Below, piece after piece: positions 8,773 to 17,496 of a stretch of DNA of 64,000 nucleotides. The stretch is from positions 1 through 64,000 of IMG/VR virus record IMGVR_UViG_3300010334_000023. One strand, written 5' to 3'. Each line of letters starts with the position of its first letter. Positions within the stretch are counted from its first letter, which is position 1. The translations under genes were made by a program, and so were the position numbers. Below the pieces are notes generated by a model. It was not told the DNA's origin. It saw only the letters and a program-made list of their open reading frames with translations, and did not search any database.

Positions 8773-9258
8773 TCAGCCCTTTTTAGCCACAGGGACGTGG
8801 TAGATCTCGTCGAAATCCTCGCCGGGACCCGGGGGTTCCAAGCTGGCGATCATGCTGGTCATGACCCCAGCAGGGATGGTCTTGCCCGCCCGGCCAGCCA
8901 AGCGCCGCTCCAATTCTGCCCCGTCCGGGGTAGGAAAGAACAACGCGATGCGCTCATAGCTCTTGGGCACCTGTCCCAGCTTGCCTCGGCGGGTCTTGGC
9001 CGTGAGGTTGGTCTGGTCCCAGATGATGTCTCGCCGGTCGCGCACGGCCTGCTTCACGGTTTCGCGCAGTGCTGCTGTAGCAGCCTTGATCTCAGTCTCA
9101 AAGACTTCGTTATAGGTCAGGCCCTGCGCAGCTGCCGCAGCTTCTATGTAGTCATCTGTGCTGGCTATCACAGCCTCATGGCTGTGCTCGCGTATCCATG
9201 TGCTCTTGCCCGAGCCAGGAACGCCTATGAGCATGAACAACTTTGGCATGTCATTCAC
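8773..9258 (-). CDS. AAA_33-type P-loop kinase (polynucleotide 5'-kinase-like)
   Basis: GVPGSGKST, STDD, IIWDQTNL, R...R, K.IP. Confidence 0.8.
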   Translation of the reverse strand: MNDMPKLFMLIGVPGSGKSTWIREHSHEAVIASTDDYIEAAAAAQGLTYNEVFETEIKAATAALRETVKQAVRDRRDIIWDQTNLTAKTRRGKLGQVPKSYERIALFFPTPDGAELERRLAGRAGKTIPAGVMTSMIASLEPPGPGEDFDEIYHVPVAKKG

Positions 9259-9379
9259 CGGTGCGCTGGGTGCGATTGCGCCACATGGCCTGCGGGATGC
9301 CCAAGCGCAGTGCCCAGAGCAGATCCATGACGATTGCCCCGATCACTGCACCCACGAACATGGCTGCTAGAGTGTACAT
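9251..9379 (-). CDS. small membrane protein
   Basis: AAGGAG RBS; hydrophobic stretch. Confidence 0.6.
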   Translation of the reverse strand: MYTLAAMFVGAVIGAIVMDLLWALRLGIPQAMWRNRTQRTGE

Positions 9380-9404
9380 GTCTGTGCTCCTTGTTTGCTT
9401 ATAT

Positions 9405-9437
9405 CGTACAATAGCACAGATCAAGTGCCTGTCAACC
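9405..9437 (-). promoter_or_regulatory. sigma70-type early promoter (GGTTGACA...GTGCTATTGT)
   Basis: Repeated motif. Confidence 0.75.
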
Positions 9438-9453
9438 AAGATTTTCTCACTGA

Positions 9454-9675
9454 TTAGCTCCAACGCAACACCCACATCATGCGAGTTTCGTGGTTGGGAA
9501 ACCACAGAACCACACCATGTCGCTCGGCTCCCAGATCTTGGAGATCAGCTTCCAGCTCTGTTTGATTCTGCATCCAGTAGCCAATATCACCAATTATCAC
9601 GGTGCTACCAGTCAGAGGTATCACGCTGCTCTGGGTGACCTCAGGTCCCAGCACCCAACGCTGAGAGCTCGGCAT
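9454..9675 (-). CDS. hypothetical protein (ends F.....MMWVLRWS)
   Basis: ORF coupled to the upstream gene. Confidence 0.65.
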   Translation of the reverse strand: MPSSQRWVLGPEVTQSSVIPLTGSTVIIGDIGYWMQNQTELEADLQDLGAERHGVVLWFPNHETRMMWVLRWS

Positions 9676-10298
9676 CAGATTGCGTCCAGCTCTTCTGGAG
9701 TGGGTAACCTGTCATTCCAGACCAGCATCCACATGATGCGATCCTGTTCATATGGTATGATGAGGCTTACGCTCTTGTCATCTGACCACAGATAGAACCC
9801 ATGGCTGAGATTGCGTTCACACCATGCTTCCAATGGACCAAAATATCCAAAGAACAGAGCCTCTTGTATGGCTCGCCCGTTCTTGGCTGTTAACTGTAGC
9901 CTGAGGCTATGGTCAGGCCACTGATCAAAGATCTCTTGCCATGTATTGGTCATGGGGCCAAAGCTCTGCCCACCAGCGCCGCAGAGATTGCCAGGTTTGT
10001 CCAGCTCGCCCACTGGGCCATGCACATGGCCACGCTGCATGGTGTAGCCCATGAGCTCGTGAGCTAGCCAACGGCGCAGCTTGCGTTTGAGGCTGCGCTG
10101 CCACCATTGCCAGCCAACTGTTCCTGCTATGACACCAAGCTGGATGGCATACATGGCCAGCACACCCCAGTCGATGTTTATGATAAACAGTGGTATCACG
10201 ATCAGCAATGCGATACCAAAGGCAGTGGCAGGCCAGGTCCATGGCGGAGCATGCCTTCCGTAGCACTTGTGTAACCATGCTCGCATCGTGCTAACCAT
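9675..10298 (-). CDS. hypothetical protein with two TM helices
   Basis: Hydrophobic N-terminal segments. Confidence 0.65.
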   Translation of the reverse strand: MVSTMRAWLHKCYGRHAPPWTWPATAFGIALLIVIPLFIINIDWGVLAMYAIQLGVIAGTVGWQWWQRSLKRKLRRWLAHELMGYTMQRGHVHGPVGELDKPGNLCGAGGQSFGPMTNTWQEIFDQWPDHSLRLQLTAKNGRAIQEALFFGYFGPLEAWCERNLSHGFYLWSDDKSVSLIIPYEQDRIMWMLVWNDRLPTPEELDAI

Positions 10299-10309
10299 TA
10301 AATAACATC

Positions 10310-10423
10310 ATGGAAACCTGGGAAGACTGGGAGAAGGTCATAGGCGGCACTGTGCTGGCTATAACCATCTCCGTGGCGGTCACCGTGGACGTGGTGCGCA
10401 GCATTTTCTTTCACGAGCACTGA
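10310..10423 (+). CDS. 37-aa single-TM protein (METWEDWEKVIGG...)
   Basis: Translated by hand; TAAATA 5 nt upstream; fills an intergenic gap. Confidence 0.5.
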   Translation: METWEDWEKVIGGTVLAITISVAVTVDVVRSIFFHEH

Positions 10424-11488
10424 TCAAAAGTCAATCCAATAGTTGGTCTTGGCCTTGGTGATGCGAGTCAGCACCAGCGTGCCATCCTCGTTGGTGAACT
10501 GGAACTTGCCTTCTCTGGGATCAACCTTGTTGAGGTCGCGCCCATTCCAGCTGTAGGTGACCCAACCGTCCTGCTCACCGGCATCGTCGTAGTCGCGCAC
10601 CTCCACTTCGATGTCACCGCCTAGGGGATTGCCGCTCCACTTGCTGTTGTTCTCCACGTCCTTGGCTTCCACTGGAGCATTGTCCACGATCAGCTGCACC
10701 ATGTACTCGTCGTTGTTGGCAAACTCCGGCTTGGTGTTCAGCATGCGCATGGCTTCCTGAGCAGTCTCACCATAGCGGTTCATTTCTTCGATCAGTGCTT
10801 TGAGCATGTCAAAGTTGAACGCGCTGAACAGGCTGGCGATCTTGCACACGCTGTCCTTGTGCTGTGGGCTAGCAAGGTTGTCATCGCAGTATTCCTCGAT
10901 GAACTCCATGGTCAGACCAGAGTAGTCCAAGCTGTAGTAGATGCGACCAGGACGATTGCGCATGTGGCTGTCAATTCGCCACTTGTCATTGCAGGTCAGC
11001 ACAAACAGCGTCTTGCTGGGAAACACCCCGTCCAACAGCGTCAGCATCTGTTCCTGTGACTCTCTGTCATAGACCTTTTCAAACTCGTCAAACACTACGA
11101 TGCAGGGCTGCTGGATGTCTTGGATCAGCTTGTTGAAAGCATCGCCCTTCCAGGGATGGTTGATCACAATGGTAGGGATGCCCTGCTCAGCGCCCTTGAT
11201 GCTCAGCATCTTGCTCAGCAGCGTCTTGCCTGAACCCTTCTCGCCCGTGAGCAGCACGCCTGTGGCAGCTGGGCGATCGTTGAAGGTATAGAGTATGCGA
11301 TCTGCGGTTTTCAGCGTGTCACCGTAGATCTTCTTGGGGGTGGTGAAAGCATCAATCTCTTCCAAGTAGAGGTTGCCAAACTGGTCAGCCTTGATGATGT
11401 AGTTGCCCGCAGGCAACACGCTATGCAGATCCATGGCAGCGTTGGCTGCCAATCGCCATGTGTTGCCATTGCGTATGAAATGTGTCAT
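10424..11488 (-). CDS. AAA+ ATPase
   Basis: GEKGSGKT Walker A, VVFDEFEK Walker B, LLDG, NRPGRI. Confidence 0.85.
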   Translation of the reverse strand: MTHFIRNGNTWRLAANAAMDLHSVLPAGNYIIKADQFGNLYLEEIDAFTTPKKIYGDTLKTADRILYTFNDRPAATGVLLTGEKGSGKTLLSKMLSIKGAEQGIPTIVINHPWKGDAFNKLIQDIQQPCIVVFDEFEKVYDRESQEQMLTLLDGVFPSKTLFVLTCNDKWRIDSHMRNRPGRIYYSLDYSGLTMEFIEEYCDDNLASPQHKDSVCKIASLFSAFNFDMLKALIEEMNRYGETAQEAMRMLNTKPEFANNDEYMVQLIVDNAPVEAKDVENNSKWSGNPLGGDIEVEVRDYDDAGEQDGWVTYSWNGRDLNKVDPREGKFQFTNEDGTLVLTRITKAKTNYWIDF

Positions 11489-11549
11489 TGCATCAGTCTC
11501 TCTGTTTTGATGGTTGAATGTATCACGATAGCGCGGAAATGTCAAGGCA

Positions 11550-11702
11550 CTACTGATGGTTCCATCCCTTGAGATGCAACACCAACAGCCATGCCAGATC
11601 TGCTATAACCAAGGCTACGATGGCATGCGTCTCATCTAAACCCACGGCGATGGATGCGATAGCGGCTATGATGCCACTCACGATCAGCATGTACCAGCTC
11701 AT
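11550..11702 (-). CDS. 50-aa membrane protein
   Basis: Translated by hand; two hydrophobic segments; overlaps the upstream stop. Confidence 0.55.
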   Translation of the reverse strand: MSWYMLIVSGIIAAIASIAVGLDETHAIVALVIADLAWLLVLHLKGWNHQ

Positions 11703-12085
11703 TCACGATCCTCCATCCACTTGGCCATGTGTTTGCGTATGTTCTCGGCACCGACTGGGTTCATGCTGTGCACGTAATATCCAAACCCGCTGGGTAGTTC
11801 CAGATCGTTATCAGCTACATGTTGGCAGAACCACTTGGCAAAATCATAACCATTGAACTCTCGCGGACGCAGCAGAGCGTTACCCAACAATAGGTGATCA
11901 TCTATAGCGCTAGGTATGCCTGGTACGGCAGCATAATGCTCAAAGGCTAGATCGTGGTCAAAGCTGATGAAGCGTGGTATGCCATAGTTGGTCACATACC
12001 ACACCGCATCATGATACCCGCGGGCAACCACCCAGCTGTTATCGGCTGGGTAACGCTCATCATCTAGGAACAACTTGTAATCCAT
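11699..12085 (-). CDS. cyclic-phosphate processing receiver-domain protein
   Basis: LFLDDER.P, ISFDHDL, GYD.AKW, VHSMNPVG. Confidence 0.8.
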   Translation of the reverse strand: MDYKLFLDDERYPADNSWVVARGYHDAVWYVTNYGIPRFISFDHDLAFEHYAAVPGIPSAIDDHLLLGNALLRPREFNGYDFAKWFCQHVADNDLELPSGFGYYVHSMNPVGAENIRKHMAKWMEDRE

Positions 12086-12086
12086 C

Positions 12087-12527
12087 TCAGAAATCTCCTG
12101 GGGCTACCTGCATGACGCGGACGCCCTGCGCACGTATTGCATCCACGACCTGGTTTCTATCGTCAAACCATAACCATGGTTCACCATGCTCCGCACGGAT
12201 ACGTTCCAATAGCTCGACCTTGACGATGCTGTCCTGCCTGTGGTCCCTGTGACCTCTCATGTAGAGATCATCAAAGAAGATACCGTTGGTGTTCAACCAT
12301 GTGTTGGTCACAGCACGGCTGTCTTCGCCGCGTCCACTGCAGAGTATTATAGTGTGACCCTGTGCGGCAAAGTTGGTGTTGATCCACTTGATGTCCTCGT
12401 ACACCGTGTCCAGTGACATGCCAGCATTGAACGCAGCCCAGTTCTTGGGCTTGCTGGCCACCCAATGTCGCCGATGCTCTATATTAGCGATGGTTCCATC
12501 GATGTCAAACACTATGATCTTGGTCAT
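12087..12527 (-). CDS. HAD polynucleotide 3'-phosphatase (PseT phosphatase-domain-like)
   Basis: FDIDGT, SGR, LYMR...D.R.D..VK, FDDR.QVV. Confidence 0.85.
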   Translation of the reverse strand: MTKIIVFDIDGTIANIEHRRHWVASKPKNWAAFNAGMSLDTVYEDIKWINTNFAAQGHTIILCSGRGEDSRAVTNTWLNTNGIFFDDLYMRGHRDHRQDSIVKVELLERIRAEHGEPWLWFDDRNQVVDAIRAQGVRVMQVAPGDF

Positions 12528-12544
12528 GATCTGCTCCTTGATCA

Positions 12545-12575
12545 CACGTTAGCACAGTTTGATCGGCTGTCAACC
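12545..12575 (-). promoter_or_regulatory. sigma70-type early promoter (GGTTGACA...GTGCTAACGT)
   Basis: Repeated motif. Confidence 0.7.
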
Positions 12576-12738
12576 GGATATTTTGTAACAATTGAAAATC
12601 GTTCGTGAGGTTTGTTGCGCCGCAAGATCTTGATTTCTCGTTCAGAATAGTTAAATATAGCTAGCCAGTCATGGCAAATGGTTAACCAGGCCGGTCGCAC
12701 GGATCCAAAGCGTCCCGCTCAAACATGAAGGAAATACT

Positions 12739-13386
12739 ATGAAGATCATCACCACAGCATTGGTTGCTCTCCTGGCCTCTGCCAGCATCGCAGCCGCTAC
12801 TGACCTACCAAACAAGAAGGCAGCTCCAGCTGCTCCAGTTGCTGCTATTGAAGCTGCTCCAGCAGCTAGCTCAGACAGCATCTCTGCCAGCTATGGCCAA
12901 GAGTTTGATCCTGCTGGCTACACCAGCAAGAAGAACGACACCTACGGCGTGAACTATACTCACACCATGGGCCAGTTCACTCTCGGTGGCGCAGCAAGCA
13001 CCACACAGGCCAGCGACAACAGCCTCAAGCAGACAATCGAAGCACAGGCTGGCTACAAGCTGCCAAGCGTTTACGGTGTGCTCGTGAGTGGCAAGGTTGG
13101 CGTCGGTGAGCGTTTCCAGAGCAGCGGTAACTTTGCTTACTATGCGCTCTATGGCAATGCTGACTACGCATTCAACGACAGCATCACTTGGAATGCGGTA
13201 CAGTATCGCTATCGCAATGCGTTCGACACGTCCAACAGCTTCGAGACGCATCGCATCGGCACTGGCGTGACCTTCAATGTCACCAAGAACATTGGTTTAG
13301 CTGCAACCGTCTACCGTGACTACGTTAGCGGTTTCAACACTGCTAGCTATAACGGCGTACAGCTTGGTGCTGTTGTTAAGTTCTGA
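12739..13386 (+). CDS. outer-membrane beta-barrel protein
   Basis: Signal peptide, TDLP.KKAAP linker like alphaproteobacterial Omp25/RopB, alternating aromatic strands, C-terminal F. Confidence 0.8.
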   Translation: MKIITTALVALLASASIAAATDLPNKKAAPAAPVAAIEAAPAASSDSISASYGQEFDPAGYTSKKNDTYGVNYTHTMGQFTLGGAASTTQASDNSLKQTIEAQAGYKLPSVYGVLVSGKVGVGERFQSSGNFAYYALYGNADYAFNDSITWNAVQYRYRNAFDTSNSFETHRIGTGVTFNVTKNIGLAATVYRDYVSGFNTASYNGVQLGAVVKF

Positions 13387-13400
13387 TATCCAACTAGGCG

Positions 13401-13434
13401 AAAAGAACCCGGGAGCAATCCCGGGTTTTCTTTT
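13401..13434. terminator. bidirectional rho-independent terminator
   Basis: AAAAGAACCCGGGA-GCAA-TCCCGGGTTTTCTTTT between convergent genes. Confidence 0.9.
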
Positions 13435-13437
13435 GAC

Positions 13438-13695
13438 CTAAATTCCCAGAGTCAGCTGTAGTTCCATCTGCTGTTCAACTGTGAGGTCAGCCCAGAACGT
13501 GGTGATTATCCAGCGCCCATCCGCATCCCTGTGTCGCACGTTTTCCACGCAGAGATGAAGCTGTCGATCAGCTAGCCAATCAGCCACTTCAGTGAGATCC
13601 TGTATGCCTATCCTAAGATCACGATGCTCTGCACTGTTGATGAACCGCCAATCATAGTCAGACTTGTACTTGTGCCTGCTGAGTATGATGCGCAT
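13438..13695 (-). CDS. hypothetical protein
   Basis: ORF coupled to the NUDIX gene. Confidence 0.65.
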   Translation of the reverse strand: MRIILSRHKYKSDYDWRFINSAEHRDLRIGIQDLTEVADWLADRQLHLCVENVRHRDADGRWIITTFWADLTVEQQMELQLTLGI

Positions 13696-14102
13696 CAGAG
13701 TCTGCTGAGCACGCGAGCCATGTCTGGGTTCATCTTGGCTATGGCATCTGGCCAGCCAATCAGCGCATAACCATCCATCTCAGGTATGAGCCTGCCCTCG
13801 TCATCCTCAAACTCACTGAAACACCAGCAGTCATCCAGCTTGGGCAAACTGGTGGTATGAAAGCGAAACAGTGCTAGATCCTTGTGTGGCTTGTAGTCAT
13901 GCACACCAAGGTCTTCCAGCAGGTCAGCGGTCAATCTTATGCCAGTCTCTTCTCTGAGCTCGCGCAGCGCGGTCTGCACATGCGTCTCACCTGGATCCTG
14001 TCGGCCCTTGGGTATGTCCCAGTAGCTTTGGCCAGTTGGATGGCAGATCAACAGCAGATTACCATCTGTTATCAGCACGCCGCAGGTTGTTTTCTTGCTC
14101 AT
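13695..14102 (-). CDS. NUDIX hydrolase
   Basis: PKG...GET...TALRELREETG Nudix box. Confidence 0.9.
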   Translation of the reverse strand: MSKKTTCGVLITDGNLLLICHPTGQSYWDIPKGRQDPGETHVQTALRELREETGIRLTADLLEDLGVHDYKPHKDLALFRFHTTSLPKLDDCWCFSEFEDDEGRLIPEMDGYALIGWPDAIAKMNPDMARVLSRL

Positions 14103-14114
14103 GGCCCTATTTAT

Positions 14115-14381
14115 CTAGGCCCAATGCAGCCAACAGGTCATGGCTGCCACATTATCTTCCAGCAGCACATCCAGCATGTACATGCCCTTTTCCACGCCCA
14201 AGGGCTTGACCCTGAACTTGCCGCCTCGGTAACCTGCCACGCCCACGCCCATGGTACCATCCCAGTGATAGTGCCCACCGTGCTCTTGGTGCAGCCATTC
14301 TATGACTTCTGGGATCACTGTATAGTCCATGGGTCCGAGGCGAACGATGGGACCACCTGACCACCTGGCAAAATCAGGCAC
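14115..14381 (-). CDS. hypothetical protein
   Basis: ORF in operon. Confidence 0.6.
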   Translation of the reverse strand: MPDFARWSGGPIVRLGPMDYTVIPEVIEWLHQEHGGHYHWDGTMGVGVAGYRGGKFRVKPLGVEKGMYMLDVLLEDNVAAMTCWLHWA

Positions 14382-14589
14382 GCTTGCTCTCGATACGAGC
14401 GATAATCATGAAGTTTATCCACTGCATGGCCAACCATGTCCAAAAGTTCATGGGAATGTTCAGCTGAGGGAACAGGGTGTTCAGGCTCCATATGGTCATG
14501 AATGGTGTGAATATAGCAGCTAGGATCAGTATGATCGCTACCAGCAACATTGTGTCTGCGCCAACCTTGGCTCCGGTGCTCATACCCAT
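14374..14589 (-). CDS. small membrane protein (IWSLNTLFP.LNIP..FWTW)
   Basis: Hydrophobic ORF. Confidence 0.65.
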   Translation of the reverse strand: MGMSTGAKVGADTMLLVAIILILAAIFTPFMTIWSLNTLFPQLNIPMNFWTWLAMQWINFMIIARIESKRA

Positions 14590-14765
14590 TCCTCCGCGAT
14601 GCCGATCAGTTCTGCCAGCAGCAGACCGCAGGCTAGTATGAGCGTGCCATCTGGCAGATCCAGCAGCACTCCGAGGCAGGCTGCGATGCGAGCTGCGCTC
14701 TTGGTGTAGCTTAATCTAGTGTGCCAAGTTCTGTACTTGGTCTCAAAGTCCTCGGGTCGTGGCAC
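14580..14765 (-). CDS. small membrane protein (SY.KS..RI...LAELIGIAEE)
   Basis: ORF with RBS. Confidence 0.6.
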   Translation of the reverse strand: MPRPEDFETKYRTWHTRLSYTKSAARIAACLGVLLDLPDGTLILACGLLLAELIGIAEEWV

Positions 14766-14895
14766 GCGGCTTTCCTTTCAGTTCAAGAATCCAGTCTCTG
14801 AAGATCATCCAGGGAAGGCATGCGATGCAGACTGCGTAGAGCAGTATCACGAATCCCACCATCCAGAGCTCTTCCTTTAGGTCGATTCGCTGCAT
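14743..14895 (-). CDS. 50-aa membrane protein
   Basis: Translated by hand; AAGGAG RBS. Confidence 0.55.
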   Translation of the reverse strand: MQRIDLKEELWMVGFVILLYAVCIACLPWMIFRDWILELKGKPRATTRGL

Positions 14896-15023
14896 AGTAT
14901 CTCCTTGATGCGAGCCTCCAGCACCGCTATCGCGGTGTGTATGTGCCCGGTGTCATGCGGCTGCAGGCGCGCCCTGAGTATTGCTATCTCCAGCTCTAAC
15001 GCCTTGACATGATCATGATCCAA
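14877..15023 (-). CDS. 48-aa protein (L.PHDTGHIHTAI.VLE.RI), TTG start
   Basis: Translated by hand; AGGAG RBS; fills the gap. Confidence 0.55.
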   Translation of the reverse strand: MDHDHVKALELEIAILRARLQPHDTGHIHTAIAVLEARIKEILCSEST

Positions 15024-15237
15024 TGTGAGCTCCTGCCATCATGATTTCTTCGAAAGTAAACTGATCATCAGTAAGCACGCCGTTGACCCAATTCATCCCA
15101 GCTTCTACCACGTATAGATAGCTGTAGCCTTGGAATGATCGCCTAGCCCAAGGCACGCCGTCTATGTTGAAATCTACCATGCAGTAGCCTTCCTTGCCCG
15201 GAGGCGCAGCTATCTCGTGGATTTCGTAGTCCTTCAT
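15013..15237 (-). CDS. hypothetical protein
   Basis: ORF with TTGACA upstream. Confidence 0.6.
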   Translation of the reverse strand: MKDYEIHEIAAPPGKEGYCMVDFNIDGVPWARRSFQGYSYLYVVEAGMNWVNGVLTDDQFTFEEIMMAGAHIGS

Positions 15238-15267
15238 AGTGCTAGGATAATGCTTTCTGCTGCATTG

Positions 15268-15936
15268 TCAAGTGGCACGGCGTATGGCAATGACCTTGCT
15301 GGCAGCGAACATGCTTACCCTGACGCTGTTGCTTTGGTTACCACCCAGCACCTTGTAATAGAGCTGACCATTGACCATGGCCGAACCAACCAGGAATCCC
15401 ACATGTGTGAGGCTACGCCGGCTCACGCCCTTGAGAACCACTATGTCACCCTGTGCTGGCTGTTTGACCGGCTGCCCATAGCGCATAAAGCTCATGGTTT
15501 CGATGCTGCCACTGAACGCATGTCCAGTCTGTACCAGTATGGCATTGGCAAATGCCGCACACCAAGCTGTGTGCTGCGGATTTATGCGGAGGTCAAGCTG
15601 CTCATTGAACAGCTTAGACAGAGCAGCTGCGTCCCTGTTTTGGTTCAAACCTTCATAGGCACTGGCAGCAGTGATCACTACAGCCATTGGTCCTTCTGGC
15701 AGATCAGACTCACTAGATATGAGCCAGTTGCCGTGATGCCCAACGGCATGACGTGTGTGGTGGTGTTTGGCGCAGGCCTTGCGTGATTTAGCCGCACAGG
15801 ATCTAGCGTGGTGGTGATGATGGTGCAGAGGGGCAATCTTGGCGCCGTGATGCTCTGTAGCATGTGCCACTTGGATGATCGCCGTAGCTGCCCATATCAG
15901 CACCGCTAGCGGTACCGAAACAGACCGATAAGCCAT
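15268..15936 (-). CDS. secreted TIGR02594/CHAP-like peptidoglycan hydrolase with His-rich linker
   Basis: Signal peptide, WCAAFAN, P..GDIVV, HVGF, VLGGNQ. Confidence 0.8.
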   Translation of the reverse strand: MAYRSVSVPLAVLIWAATAIIQVAHATEHHGAKIAPLHHHHHHARSCAAKSRKACAKHHHTRHAVGHHGNWLISSESDLPEGPMAVVITAASAYEGLNQNRDAAALSKLFNEQLDLRINPQHTAWCAAFANAILVQTGHAFSGSIETMSFMRYGQPVKQPAQGDIVVLKGVSRRSLTHVGFLVGSAMVNGQLYYKVLGGNQSNSVRVSMFAASKVIAIRRAT

Positions 15937-16154
15937 CTATTCTCCTCGTTGTGGTGCACTGGTATGCACGCATGTTATGGAGCACTCCTTACCGAGATGC
16001 TACACTAATTTATCTCCTGAGCACAATAATTACAAGTTAAGCAAGGTAGATTACGTAAAGTAATAAAATATAAGCTGTGCCAAGGCACAGCACGCGGATA
16101 TTGCTGAGATATCACGTTGATCCAATTGGATAATATACAGGATTTTTGTAGGTT

Positions 16155-16604
16155 TTAGCCCAACTCTCGGCAGCGTTTCTGGAACAGCCGCAGTCTCTCT
16201 GCTGCGCTGTCGTTGCTGATCAGCATGTTCACGTTCCAAGTCACTGGTTCTGGCATGCTGTCCAGCGCACACCACTTGTGATCAACGTTTTCCCAGTCCA
16301 AGCTGGGCGTGAACTGCTGAGGCACGCAGATCGCATAATCAACTGCCACGAACCTTGGTTCCTGGGTGATGCGCTTGCTGAGCATGATGTATGGTGCCGA
16401 ACCAAGTTCCCAGTCCATTTCTTCTGTCAGCTCTCTGCGCAGTGCTATGATGTGCTTCTCACCTGGCTCCACATGCCCACCCGGTAGATCCCACTGCAGC
16501 GGCCTGTCCACTAGGTCGCTGCGCAGCAGAAACAGATAGGTATCATCCAATCTGCTCCATATCAGGGCCTTGCTGCTGCCGTGGTTCAATTCAGAGATTC
16601 GCAT
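16155..16604 (-). CDS. NUDIX hydrolase
   Basis: PGGHVEPGE....ALRRELTEE. Confidence 0.85.
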   Translation of the reverse strand: MRISELNHGSSKALIWSRLDDTYLFLLRSDLVDRPLQWDLPGGHVEPGEKHIIALRRELTEEMDWELGSAPYIMLSKRITQEPRFVAVDYAICVPQQFTPSLDWENVDHKWCALDSMPEPVTWNVNMLISNDSAAERLRLFQKRCRELG

Positions 16605-16618
16605 GTGCTTAATTATTC

Positions 16619-17491
16619 CTAACGTGACAGCAACCTGTCGTAGTTTGCTAACATGATGCGATTGACCTCATGCTTCTGCCAGTTTCTATCAAGATTGCTA
16701 CCCATCAATGACTGTGCTCCAAGATCAACGATAATCCGCAGATTGCCCTCTACCCAAGACCGCAATGCTACCTGATCGTGCTCTGCGATGGGGCCGAGAT
16801 GTAGATGGTCCATCATACGCATGAATGGCGTCAACGACGTGTCTGTCAGCAGCTGGCCAGCACTGACCATGAGATCTGAGTTTGATTGTATGTGCTTGCG
16901 CTGATTCGCTGCTATGTAATGCCTGCCATCCAGCCAATGTTCGTATGACCAGTGGCAGTCTGTGCTGCTTATCAGCCAACCAGGCACCCAGCCAACTGCG
17001 TCAAAATGTGCCTTGATATGATCAGCATATAGGTAACTGTCGATGTTGTCTGGTAATTCCCAGTGGCGTCGCATGTATGACTTGGCAGAATGCATGATCT
17101 CTGCTAACCACCAGTCTTGCGGCTCATATAAGAGATCAACGATGATCGTATCAACGAAAACTTTCCTGAGATTGACGCTATTTGATATCCTGTAATGGCT
17201 AAGTCCTATGCGTTTATCAGTATTTTTATTCCTCATGATACGCACAAAAGTCGATAGGCTATCCTGATCCATCAGAGGCCAATCCTGACAGCGTATGCCA
17301 CAGAGATCAGCAAGCTGTTGATCTGGTCCATGTGTGATCATCGCGCGATCAAACTGATCACTGTAATGCCCTCGGTTATGATCATCCCAGGTGATACCAT
17401 CTGGTATCCTATCCATGTGTCTTGACAGCAACTGTGCCACGGTGTCACCACCGCATCCACCAGCTCGTCTCAGCAGCACATTATTAGTCAT
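16619..17491 (-). CDS. hypothetical protein, GGCGG paralog 2 (sulfotransferase-like?)
   Basis: Aligns by eye with the adjacent gene. Confidence 0.7.
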   Translation of the reverse strand: MTNNVLLRRAGGCGGDTVAQLLSRHMDRIPDGITWDDHNRGHYSDQFDRAMITHGPDQQLADLCGIRCQDWPLMDQDSLSTFVRIMRNKNTDKRIGLSHYRISNSVNLRKVFVDTIIVDLLYEPQDWWLAEIMHSAKSYMRRHWELPDNIDSYLYADHIKAHFDAVGWVPGWLISSTDCHWSYEHWLDGRHYIAANQRKHIQSNSDLMVSAGQLLTDTSLTPFMRMMDHLHLGPIAEHDQVALRSWVEGNLRIIVDLGAQSLMGSNLDRNWQKHEVNRIMLANYDRLLSR

Positions 17492-17496
17492 GGCTT

